NCBI GenBank assembly: GCA_963716725.1
Contig: CAVQUB010000032.1
Location: 128,001-192,000, forward strand
Source: an uncultured delta proteobacterium
GTDB taxonomy: Bacteria; Myxococcota_A; Polyangia; Polyangiales; Polyangiaceae
DNA length: 64,000 nt
Direction of reading: 5' to 3'
The position numbers were made by a program, and so were the translations under genes. Positions 18,730 through 28,134 of the stretch are shown in pieces. Below the pieces are notes generated by a model. It searched no databases. It was not told where the DNA came from and saw nothing but the letters and a program-made list of their open reading frames with translations. Numbering within the stretch: position 1 is the first letter of the stretch; the number at the start of each line of letters is the position of its first letter.

Positions 18730-19066
18730 TGCGCATTTCGCCCATGGTGATCACCTGTTTCACAGCATCCTGATCGCTCAATCCGCCGCATCCTGATCGG
18801 AGCGAAGCGACGTCCGAGTTGTTCGTGTGTCCTGGTTTCTCCTCGTTGGGTTCGGGTCAGCGTATCGCTCGATCCGCGCCTGGCTCAATCCGGCGCGTGC
18901 GTGCAGGTCACGGGGCGTCGGCGGCCGTCTTGCGTCGCGACGGACCCTTGAGCGCGATCCGGTGCGCAGTGTGGAGCACGCGGTCACAGATGGCGTCCGC
19001 CGTGGTTGGGTCGGTGAGGTAGTCGTACCAGTGCTTCGGGTCGATCTGGCTGGTGATGATCGTCGC
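18730..19066 (-). mobile_element. istB: IS21-family remnant (istB 3' end and right end)
   Basis: 18908-19066 encodes [45 protein letters not shown]; terminus TGCGCATTTCG with repeated GCATCCTGATCG. Confidence 0.8.
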
Positions 19067-19071
19067 CCAGC

Positions 19072-20557
19072 TACGGCGCTGAACATTCTGTAGCCGTCAC
19101 GATGCAATTGCACACCGCGAAAACCTTCGCTTTTTTCCGACTCTCCGCGCGCCAATACTGACGCGCCCGTGCATGCTCTGCTGACGACATGAGCACTCGC
19201 TCCCGCCGCACGTACGACCACCGCATCAAGCAGCAGATCGCCGAGACCGGGGATCCGGGGCTGTTTCCGGAGCTCGAGATCCCGCGCTCGACAGTTCGGA
19301 GCTGGATCCGGCGAGGCATGGGGAGCGTCGTCTGTCTGGAGCCGAACCTTGGCGCGGAGGGCGAGCTTCGCGCTCGTGTCGTCGTGCTCGAGCGGCGGAC
19401 CGCGGTGCTCATCACAGTTGTTCGACTGCTTCTGGCATTGCTACGCACTTCTGGATTCAAGCTCGAAACCTGCCGCGTGCCGGATGCGGCCGGCAAGCGA
19501 CTCTTGCTCGATGCGATCGAGCGCGCACGAAAGGTCATGGCCTTATCCGCGGCGCTCCGAGTGCTCCGCCTCTCCCGAGCGCGCTATCACGTCTGGTTGC
19601 GAGCCGAAAAAGCATGCGATCTCGACGACCGCCCAAGCTGTCCGCGCACTGTGCCGCAGCGACTGACCCAGCCGGAGGTCGAGGCAATCGGCAGCCTGGT
19701 TCAGTCCAAGGAACATCGCCACATGTCCATCCGAGCGCTGGCTTTGCACGCCCAGCGCGTCGGTGAAGTCCTCGCTCACCCGGCAAGCTGGGGCAAGCTC
19801 ATCCGACGCTACGGCTGGCGGCGGCCGAGACTCCGTCTCTACCCACCGAAACCCAAGGTCGGCGTGCGCGCGCTCGCGCCGAACGCCGCGTGGCACGTGG
19901 ATGTCACGATCATCAAGCTGCTCGATGGAACGAAAGCGCACTTGCACGCAGTCATCGACAACTTCTCTCGGAGAATCCTCGCCTGGACGATCGCCGACCG
20001 ACTCGATCCCATGAACACCCGCGACGTGCTTGTGAGGGCGGCGAGCAACCTGGAGGGGCCGATGACAGCAGAGGTCTACATGGACTCCGGCGTCGAGAAC
20101 CTCAACGCCAGCGTGGACCCGCTCTTCAGTGAAGGTTTCCTTCGCCGCGTCATCGCGCAGATCGACGTGAGCTTCTCGAACTCGATGATCGAATCGTGGT
20201 GGCGCTCCCTCAAACATCAGTGGCTGTTCCTGCACCAACTCGACAGCATCGCGACCGGCAAGAGGCTCGTGGAGTTCTACGTGGTCGAGCACAACGAGCG
20301 GATGCCCCACAGTGCGTTCGACGGGCAGACCCCGGACGAGATGTACTTCGGGCGCGGGGCTCGAGTGCCTGCCGAGCTCGCTGCTCGGCGGCAAGAGGCG
20401 CGCAAGCGGCGGCTGGACCACAATCGTCAACAAGCGTGCGACCGGTGCTCCCGTCAACACGAGGAGGACGTCGCCGCATGAAGCGTACGCTGCTTTCGAC
20501 CGGGAGTTCTGGCGAGCGCAGTTGCACAGCGTCAGCTCCAGAAGGTTCGGCGCCGCA
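19072..20557 (+). mobile_element. IS3/IS481-like insertion sequence
   Basis: About 40-bp imperfect TIRs (TACGGCGCTGAACATTCTG.. and TGCGGCGCCGAACCTTCTG..) around a DDE transposase; no target duplication seen. Confidence 0.75.
19189..20481 (+). CDS. DDE (rve integrase core) transposase
   Basis: WHVDVT, MDSGVEN, IESWWRSLK, HNERMPHSAF. Confidence 0.9.
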   Translation: MSTRSRRTYDHRIKQQIAETGDPGLFPELEIPRSTVRSWIRRGMGSVVCLEPNLGAEGELRARVVVLERRTAVLITVVRLLLALLRTSGFKLETCRVPDAAGKRLLLDAIERARKVMALSAALRVLRLSRARYHVWLRAEKACDLDDRPSCPRTVPQRLTQPEVEAIGSLVQSKEHRHMSIRALALHAQRVGEVLAHPASWGKLIRRYGWRRPRLRLYPPKPKVGVRALAPNAAWHVDVTIIKLLDGTKAHLHAVIDNFSRRILAWTIADRLDPMNTRDVLVRAASNLEGPMTAEVYMDSGVENLNASVDPLFSEGFLRRVIAQIDVSFSNSMIESWWRSLKHQWLFLHQLDSIATGKRLVEFYVVEHNERMPHSAFDGQTPDEMYFGRGARVPAELAARRQEARKRRLDHNRQQACDRCSRQHEEDVAA

Positions 20558-20559
20558 GC

Positions 20560-21319
20560 TGGCTTACGGCAACTGCGACCTGTTCCGACTCGTCACCTAC
20601 GATGCCGGCGCTTGCTCGAAGCAAAACGCCCAGGCCGCACGTGACCGCGGGCTTCACTACCTGATGGCCATCAAGAGCACACAGCCGACACTGCACGAAG
20701 AGGCCGTGCGCTGGTTGGGTGAACGTGCGCCGGCACAAGCAGCAGCAACCAGCAGCGACTTCGACCACGGCAACACCGTGGTGCGTCGGCTCTACCTCGG
20801 TGAGGCCGGCGCCGCGCCAGAAGGCTGGGACCACCTGCGCACCGTGCTCCGTGTCGAGGTCGAGACGCTCGACCAGAACGGCAATCGCATCACGGCGGAA
20901 AACCGCTACTTTGTTTCGAGCTTGCCACGCTCTCGGCTGACGGACGCGCAATGGCTCCTCGTCGTGCGTCGCCACTGGGGTGTCGAGACCTCCCACCAAA
21001 TTCTCGACACGGCTTTCGCTGAGGACGACCACCCGTGGATCGAGCAGAACCCGCGAGCGACCGTCGTCGTGATCGTGTTGCGCCGCGTCGCCTATACCCT
21101 GCTCTCACTCTGGCGCGGCGTGACTTTGCGCAGCGACGAGCAGCGCACTCGGCCTTGGCGCGACGTGATGCGCGACATTCTGCTCGCTGCCGTCACCGCC
21201 ACGGCCGAACACCTTCGCGCTTTGCGCCGCCATCGACTCGCGCCCGTCGCCACGTAGTCGAGAAGTCAGGCCTTGCGCCGCCTCGCTCTTTGACAGATCC
21301 GCTCCGGTCACCAGCCCTG
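20560..21319 (+). mobile_element. ISAs1-family transposase 3' half and right end
   Basis: VTYDAG, YLMAIKSTQPTL, RRHWGVETSHQILDTAFAEDD (stop 21257); ends ...GCCCTG. Confidence 0.75.
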
Positions 21320-21499
21320 GCTTCCGCCCCCTGGCGCTAGCCCTGGTCGGCGAGCCGAGCGCGGCCACGCCCCCCGGTCATCGCCCTCGCCCTTGCCCCT
21401 GACTCTCGCACTGGCCGGCGAAGGCCGCGCTCGGCTCGCCGACTTCCGATCAAGAGTGCTGTGCCCGCACCGACGCTTGCCCCGACCACGCACATGGCG

Positions 21500-23591
21500 T
21501 ACGGTTGGGACATGCGGGGCGGCATCGGGTATCGGGTATCGGGTATCGGGCATCGGGCATCGGGCATCGGGCATCGGGCATCGGGCATCGGGCATCGGGC
21601 ATCGGGCATTCGTAGCGCTGTTGAGCGCCCTTCTCGGCTTGGGCTCCAGCGCTTGCGCACCGGAGGGGGACGGCGAGAGCGTCGCGCGTGGCATTCACCT
21701 GCTCTCTGCTCCGCCCCTGGCCTGTGACAATGGCGTGTTCCTCACGGACCATCATCGATTCGAATACATCGGAGTCTCGGTGACGCGCATGCTGTGCACG
21801 CCCACCGGCCTCGTGTTGCCGTCTGTCGTCACGGTTGACTCCAAGACCGGCGCGGTCGTGGAATTCGCGCGATTGGCCGACGCCGATCGCGCAGCGTTTC
21901 ACGGCTGGCACGCTTCGCTCGACCCTCAGTTTCGCTCGACGCTCGAGGTGAAGCCAGACGAACCGCGGGACGCGTACGTCTGGTTCTACGTCGACGAGAG
22001 CGATGCCCCCGAGAAGGAGTGGCTGGTCGGCGAACCCACTGCCGCCGCGGCGACCGTGGCACTACGCGAAAGCCGGATGCGGTCAGCGGCTGCCTCGCTT
22101 TCCAACAAGCTGCATGCTGTGTCAGCGGTCGATGTCGCAACGGACGTGCTCGGACCTCAGGAGTACTGAATCCCGGTCGTGCGCGTTCGCGCCAAGCTTG
22201 CCGACTTGGAAGAGGTCGGAACCTGGCCCGAGGTGTGGCGAATTGACCCCGTGCCCACGACGTTCACGCCGCAGTCGGATACCTATTACTACACCACCGT
22301 GGACAACGTTTTGGACGGCTATTTCGGGTACGACGGAACCGGGCGGACCGTCGCGATGTTCGAGCAAGCCCGCCCTGATTCGTGGGCCAATCTTCCCGGC
22401 GCGGTCGCTGGCTCCTGCGCCAGACGACTTCAACGTCCAGAAGAAGTGTCATTGTGCCGCGGGGACGAAACACGCGCATCCTCGATTGGTTGCGGGCGTC
22501 GTCCGGCGGTCATGGCATGGGAATGGCCAACGAGGCTTCGACTATCGCGGCAAACCATCTGGGCGGCTGCCAGTCCAACGGTCCGGACTCGATCTCGAGC
22601 GCACTGAACTGGGCCACGTCCAACGGCGCTCAGGTGATCGTGACGACGGACATGATCACCCCGGGATCGGCGCTCGACTTCTTCTTCGACTACAAAGCCA
22701 GCGTGTCGCCCTACCCAACCATCGTAGGCGTGGCTGGAAACGACTCAGGGTCAACGTCGGATCTCACCACCGAAACGGACTTGTGACCGGCGGGGCGCTC
22801 GAGTCGCCCTCCGGCAACAGCAACCGGGGCGCGGCAACGACAGACCCCACGAAGTCCTGGAGGAACCCAACGGGAACGGCGGGCTTCGAGGTTCCGCACA
22901 TCGCCGCCATTTCCGAGGACGTTACCAGCGCTGGCTACGACCGCAAGCACAGTGGTGGATACCGGCGGGACGAGCGTCGCGGCACCGCAGGTGGCGGGTG
23001 TAGCGGCCTCGCTCCACGAGGCAAATTCCGCCATCAGGAGCTGGCCGGAGGTCATGGTCCCCGGACTGATGGTAAGCGCAAACGAGGACCTCGACGGGAT
23101 CCGGTTGAATCTCCACGATGACTGGGACGATCGCGACGGTGCAGGGCTGCTGAACGCCCATCATGCGCTCCTCGTGCTCCAGTCCTCATCGAGGGTCCAC
23201 GGCAACAACGCGCCGCCTGCGTGCGGGTCACGACTACCACGGTCTGACTGCCTACAGTACGCCCGAGCAGACGTTCTAGGTTGAAGAGTACTCGGCCCGG
23301 GTGCCTGCCGGGCTCGAGCTCCGAGTCGCCGCGCTCCTCCAGGCTCGACCAACGTGCCCGCAGAACCCCGGCTCCGGGTCGTGCACCGCCGATCCGTATC
23401 CGAACTTCGGGCTGTTCATTTACGACGGCTCGACGCTCGTCGGCGGGGCCTTGAACACCAGCAGCAACTACCAGTACATCTCGCACTTCAACACGACGGG
23501 CGTCCAGAAGGACTACAAGGTCAAGATCTTCCTCGCCCACTGGAACGGTCTCAGCGGGACGACGTTCGGGGTCGCATGGGACTCGTGGTGA
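21500..23591 (+). pseudogene. S8 (subtilase) peptidase lipoprotein, multiply frameshifted
   Basis: SSAC lipobox; VAGND; GTSVAAPQVAG catalytic Ser motif; DGAGLLNA; pieces lie in different frames. Confidence 0.75.
21524..21607 (+). repeat. Heptamer tandem repeat
   Basis: ATCGGGT x3 plus ATCGGGC x9; the paralogous site 10802-10822 has 3 units. Confidence 0.95.
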
Positions 23592-23599
23592 GGGAGGCG

Positions 23600-24358
23600 A
23601 TGGTGCGGGCAGCCAGGGTTTCAGCCGTGTGCCTGCTTCTGGCCGGGGTCGGCTCGAGCTGTGACGGCAACGTCGCGGGAGAGCCAGGCGCCGGAGCGGC
23701 GGGCGCGGCCGGGCTCGGTGGCAGCGGCGGAGCTCCGAGCGGTGGCGGTGGCGGCACCCTCGACGGCGCCGCGGACGCCGACGGCCCCCTCGGGACGTGC
23801 GCCGCGGAGCAGGCGGCGTTGATAGCGTTCGTGAAGGCGAACAAGGCGTGCACGACGGATCCGGACTGCGTCTTCGTCAGTGCTGAGTCCGGCATTCAGG
23901 AGCTTTGCCCGAGCCAATACATCCAGGCGGGCGGGTTCTACCTGAACGCTTCCCACGCCAAGGCAGAGTTCGAGAAGCTGGCCACTGCCCTCGACGCATG
24001 TCTGCCTCCGCTTCTACCGTGCAATCTGAGTCCCTTCCCGGCCGTATGCTGGCATGGGCAGTGCGAGGGCGATCTGACAGCGGCAAGACCCAATGCCTCT
24101 CAGACCTCGGCGGCGAGTCCGCATGCACGAAGTGCGCGTGTGGACCCTGCGCGTCTGCTTGCCGAGGTTTGCTGGAGCGCCCCGTCGTCCTCTGTGCGCT
24201 GAAGGCCGGGTGCCTGGGCACGCCGAAGTGTGATCCGGCGTCGCCCGACTTCCCGTGCAAAGAGATCCTCGCCGAAATCGCCAGGTGAGACCTACCACTA
24301 CTGCAACGAGTGCATCGCGGACTGGCAGTGCGCGGCGGACTGCGCTGCCGGCAAGTGA
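23600..24358 (+). pseudogene. Cys-rich lipoprotein (copy 2, frameshifted)
   Basis: Close paralog of 10988-11743 with indels near 24075 and 24275. Confidence 0.75.
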
Positions 24359-24482
24359 GCGCGCGAGGTTTGCGGCTGGAGTGCGCCGGCGCGACGCCCC
24401 CCGACCGTGTCCTGACCTGAACCAAGCGCAAGCGACGACCTGTGGTGAACCAGTGGCTTGCACCCTGCACGCCCCAACGCAC

Positions 24483-25598
24483 TCACCCCCCAACCAACGC
24501 CGACCCCGAAAGTTCCCCCGCGAGCGTCACCAAGATCTCCCTCGGGTCGCTGGTCTTCAAGGCAGGCAACGCCGCCAGCGGCGTGTTCTTCGGGACCATT
24601 CCGGCCAGCGCGGTCAGCGCCTGCCGCGTCTGACCTTCCCGCGCCGAAAACTCCCTCCGGTACGCCGCGATCGCATCGCCGAGGGCGGGCTCACTGCCGA
24701 TACGCGCTTCGATTTCGGGGATCCACGCGGGCGTCGCGCCCACCGCGCGATTCAGCAACACCGCGCTGGCATCCAGGGATCGCTCGCGCAGCTGACCGAT
24801 CAGGTACGCGGCGTCGTCGAGGGAGCTGCCGCTCGGGCCGGTCACGACCACGTAGCGCGTGCTGGGCAGCGCGATGCGCTTCTCGACGTTGCGCACGAGG
24901 TGCAGCCACTTCTCGCGCACCGGCATGAACTCCCCGAACAGCGCCGCGATGTCCCGGATCGCGATGGCGCCGACCACGTTCGAGACCAGGTGGCCGACGC
25001 GCTTCTTGCCCCAGGCCAGGAGGCCGCGCTCCCTCTTCAGGGACGTTCCAGGGTCGTCCGTCGGGCGATCGTCGAGGGCCGATCCCGCGAGCTTGGCCAG
25101 GCCCACCATCCACTCGAGCGTGCGCGCTTCGAGCATGCGGCCCAGCCGTGCGGGGTAATCCAGAAACTCCAGCGCGTGGCGAGAGGGCGCGGTGTCGAGC
25201 ACGACTTCGTCGTAGCGGCCGGATTCGAGCTCGTGGTCGATGAAGGCCACGCTGATCAGCTCGTGCACTCCGGCCAGCGCGTTCGACAGCTCGCGGTACA
25301 TGCCGTTCTCGAACACGCGGGTGCGCGCGGCCGGATCGTCGAACAGCCAGCTCACGAACAGATCGACCGACTTCTCTGCATCGGGCATGCGGGCCCACAG
25401 CTGGGCGCCGTCGATGTTCACCGGGCAGGCTTCGATGCCAACCTGCACGCCGATCGCGTCGGCGAGGCGGCGCGCTGGATCCACCGTGACCACCAGCGTG
25501 CGCCGGCCCGCGCGGGCGAAGGCGAGGGCGAGGGCCGCGGAGGTCGTGGTCTTGCCGACTCCACCGCCGCCCACCACCACCGTCAGCGCCGCGCTCAT
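24483..25598 (-). CDS. ArsA/GET3-family ATPase (second of pair)
   Basis: GGGGVGKTT, TVDPARRLAD, VVLDTAPSRHALEFLD. Confidence 0.9.
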   Translation of the reverse strand: MSAALTVVVGGGGVGKTTTSAALALAFARAGRRTLVVTVDPARRLADAIGVQVGIEACPVNIDGAQLWARMPDAEKSVDLFVSWLFDDPAARTRVFENGMYRELSNALAGVHELISVAFIDHELESGRYDEVVLDTAPSRHALEFLDYPARLGRMLEARTLEWMVGLAKLAGSALDDRPTDDPGTSLKRERGLLAWGKKRVGHLVSNVVGAIAIRDIAALFGEFMPVREKWLHLVRNVEKRIALPSTRYVVVTGPSGSSLDDAAYLIGQLRERSLDASAVLLNRAVGATPAWIPEIEARIGSEPALGDAIAAYRREFSAREGQTRQALTALAGMVPKNTPLAALPALKTSDPREILVTLAGELSGSALVGG

Positions 25599-26455
25599 GA
25601 GCTGGCTCCGAGGAAGCGCCCGAACTCGCGGGCGGTGGGATCACGAAACAGCTCCGGCACCTCCACGACCCTGTCGGCGCTGACTCCATCGAAGGCCGTC
25701 AGGGCCACCAGCGCGTCGGCGCTGAGCTCGGCGTCTTCGGCCAGGGCGTGGGCGAGGGGAGCGAAGGCCGGATCGCGCTGGGCCGCCGCGCGGGCCTGGT
25801 CGATCTCACCCGAAGCGGGCTTGCGCGGGACGCGGTTGACGACCACGAGATCTGGCGATCGTCCGAGCTCCTGCGTCAAGCGCATGACGAGCTCACGCGT
25901 CTCGGAGGCGACGACCGGCTCGGCGGTGGAGACCACTACGAGGGCGCTCTGCTCGGCGATCAGGATCTCTTCTTGGATGGCCCGGCACATCTTCGCTGCG
26001 GGGCCGATCTTCAGGAAGCGCTCGGCGGAGGCGGGGACGCGCAGCCAGTCGACCGCGTGGCCCGTCGCGGGAAGGTCCACGAAGACTCGGGCGTGGGGGC
26101 TCTCGCTGCGCAGCGATCGCAGGCGATCCAGTGACACCAGCTCGCGCACCGCCGGAACTGCCTCGACCGCTTTCTTGAGGGTGCGTTGCTTGACCACCAG
26201 TCTTCCCAGCAGGCGACTGCCGAGCATCGACGCGATGGAGTGAGCCAGCGCTTCCATGTACTCGATGACGAGGGGAGTCACGCCGTCGGCCTCGGCACCC
26301 AGCGCCCGCGTGGCGCCGGCGGCGGACTCGAACTCGACCAGGATGGCCTGTCCCCCGCGGTCCGCCTCGGCCCGCGCGAGCGCCGCTGTCACGCTGCTCT
26401 TCCCGACGCCGCCCTTGCCGGTGACGAAGACGACCGGTTGCCGCAATGCACGCAC
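25595..26455 (-). CDS. ArsA/GET3-family ATPase (first of pair; start uncertain)
   Basis: FVTGKGGVGKS, VDLPATGHA, VVVNR; ATGA overlap with partner. Confidence 0.85.
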   Translation of the reverse strand: MRALRQPVVFVTGKGGVGKSSVTAALARAEADRGGQAILVEFESAAGATRALGAEADGVTPLVIEYMEALAHSIASMLGSRLLGRLVVKQRTLKKAVEAVPAVRELVSLDRLRSLRSESPHARVFVDLPATGHAVDWLRVPASAERFLKIGPAAKMCRAIQEEILIAEQSALVVVSTAEPVVASETRELVMRLTQELGRSPDLVVVNRVPRKPASGEIDQARAAAQRDPAFAPLAHALAEDAELSADALVALTAFDGVSADRVVEVPELFRDPTAREFGRFLGASS

Positions 26456-26596
26456 CGCTCGACCTTTTAGGGGCTCCGCGCCAGCGCGCCAACAGGATAG
26501 AGCGCGCCCGGGCCGTCTTGGCGAAGGATCGGGCATGACGCGCGGAAACCGCGGCGAGCTCGGACGAGCGCCCGCCGGGTCGACCGCGAGGCGGCT

Positions 26597-27331
26597 TCAG
26601 GCTCGAATTGCCCAGCGAACCCGCACTTCCACCGACACGCTGCCGGTGCCACGCTCGATGGGCATGCGCGCCACGTCCGCCGATTCGAGGGCCAGCGTCG
26701 GCGCTGGCGTTTGGTTCGACGCCAGCTCTTCCACCGTGATGGGCCCACCGAGCTTGACGCCGCTCAGGCGCGCCAGCTCTTCCGCTCGCCGGCGCGCATC
26801 GGCCACGGCGCGCTGTCGTGCGTCGTCACGCAGCTTCGAGGGATCGTCGAAGCCGAAGCGGATGCCGTTGACCCGCGTCGCGTTTCCGCCGGCTTCGACG
26901 GCCTCGTCGATCAAGCTGCCGATCTGGTCGAGGTTCCGCGCCTTGACCGTAACGCTGGTCGTCACGCTGTAGCCCGTGATGCGCTCTCTTCCCCCGACCT
27001 GATCGTAGCGCGGCGACACGCTCAGGCTCGCGGTTTGGATATCCTTGGAGTCCACGCCATGCTTCTTCAGCGCGGAGATCACACGCTCCGCGGACTTTGC
27101 TGCGCCGGTTCGCGCGGCGCCGACGCTGGGTGCGTCGACTTCGACTCCGACGTCGAAGAAGGCGACGTCAGGGGCGGCCATCGCTTCGCCGCGGCCGGTC
27201 ACGCTGACGCCGGAGGGATCCGGAGCGTTGACGGAGACCTGCGGCGCGCCGGCGGGCGCGGGGTTGGCGGCAGTGCAGCCTGCGAGCACTGCCATTGAGA
27301 TCACGAGTGAAGAAGCGACCAAGTATTTCAT
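26597..27331 (-). CDS. SIMPL (DUF541) lipoprotein
   Basis: LAGC lipobox; VSVTGRGEAMAAPD; AVADARRRAEELA. Confidence 0.88.
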   Translation of the reverse strand: MKYLVASSLVISMAVLAGCTAANPAPAGAPQVSVNAPDPSGVSVTGRGEAMAAPDVAFFDVGVEVDAPSVGAARTGAAKSAERVISALKKHGVDSKDIQTASLSVSPRYDQVGGRERITGYSVTTSVTVKARNLDQIGSLIDEAVEAGGNATRVNGIRFGFDDPSKLRDDARQRAVADARRRAEELARLSGVKLGGPITVEELASNQTPAPTLALESADVARMPIERGTGSVSVEVRVRWAIRA

Positions 27332-27561
27332 GTTCAGGAGATCCTCCGTTGGGATGGTGCAGGTTGAGACGGCCCTCGGAGGCGGAGGATCTGCTCGCCA
27401 CGAGCGTCGGTGCTGCGCGGCTCCCCCGGGATGGACCTCGGCGCCTGCCAAACGCAAGCGTCGCGGCCCGGCTTACACGTCCGGACAAATCGTGGGCAAA
27501 ACGCCGCTTGCCGTTCCCCCCGGGGCGCGGTCTATGCTGCCCGCTTTCGGAGGGAACATCG

Positions 27562-27918
27562 ATGAAGAGTTCGTCACGGTTTACGGTTGGGTTGGCGATG
27601 GGGGTGGTCGTGATCGCGCTCCTCGCGTGCAAGAAGAAGGAAGAGTCGTCAACCACCGGGTCCACCGGCGCTGCGGCGACGGGCGGCGACACCGGCGTGC
27701 CCGAGTGCGACGAGTACCTGACCAAGTACGAGACGTGCTTGAACGAAAAGGTGCCGGCCGTGGCTCGGACGCAGATGCAGGAGAGCTTCAAGAAGACGCG
27801 CGAGACGTACAAGACCCTCGCGTCGAATCCCGCGACCAAGTCGGGCATGGCGATGGGGTGCAAGCAGGCCCTCGAGACCGCGAAGACCGCCATGGGCAGC
27901 TACGGCTGCACCTGGTGA
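27562..27918 (+). CDS. Small lipoprotein
   Basis: LLAC lipobox; TGVPECDEYLTKYETC motif. Confidence 0.75.
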   Translation: MKSSSRFTVGLAMGVVVIALLACKKKEESSTTGSTGAAATGGDTGVPECDEYLTKYETCLNEKVPAVARTQMQESFKKTRETYKTLASNPATKSGMAMGCKQALETAKTAMGSYGCTW

Positions 27919-27925
27919 ACAACCT

Positions 27926-28075
27926 TCAGCTCACGAGCAAGCGATAGTTTTGCTTCGAGCCGGTCACCTCGCCGATCGGCTCGAAGCGGAGCTTGGAGTC
28001 TGGCGCGAGCGCGTCGCGCAGCGCGCTCGTGACCAGGACCTCGCCGGCCTTGGCGCTGTCTTCGCCGAGCTTGCT
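27926..28075 (-). pseudogene. Class III nucleotide cyclase C-terminal fragment
   Basis: SKLGEDSAKAGEVLVT resembles the cyclase C-terminal motif; upstream part absent. Confidence 0.4.
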
Positions 28076-28134
28076 CGTAGATCGGCCGCCACCTTTCGTC
28101 GACGCTGGAGGGGATCCGGGCGTAACCTCGACCA

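Noticed and set aside
14760..24991. ATPase tail copies as DGR template/variable repeats
   Set aside because: No reverse transcriptase in the window, and differences are mostly third-position changes rather than adenine-specific
24255..26243. Long antisense ORFs (also 42663-44216, 55071-57317 and others)
   Set aside because: Shadow ORFs opposite well-supported genes, expected in high-GC DNA
375..26455. A single arsenic-resistance island linking arsM and the ArsA-like ATPases
   Set aside because: They are 23 kb apart, there is no arsB/acr3/arsC/arsD, and the ATPases look like the non-arsenic paired type
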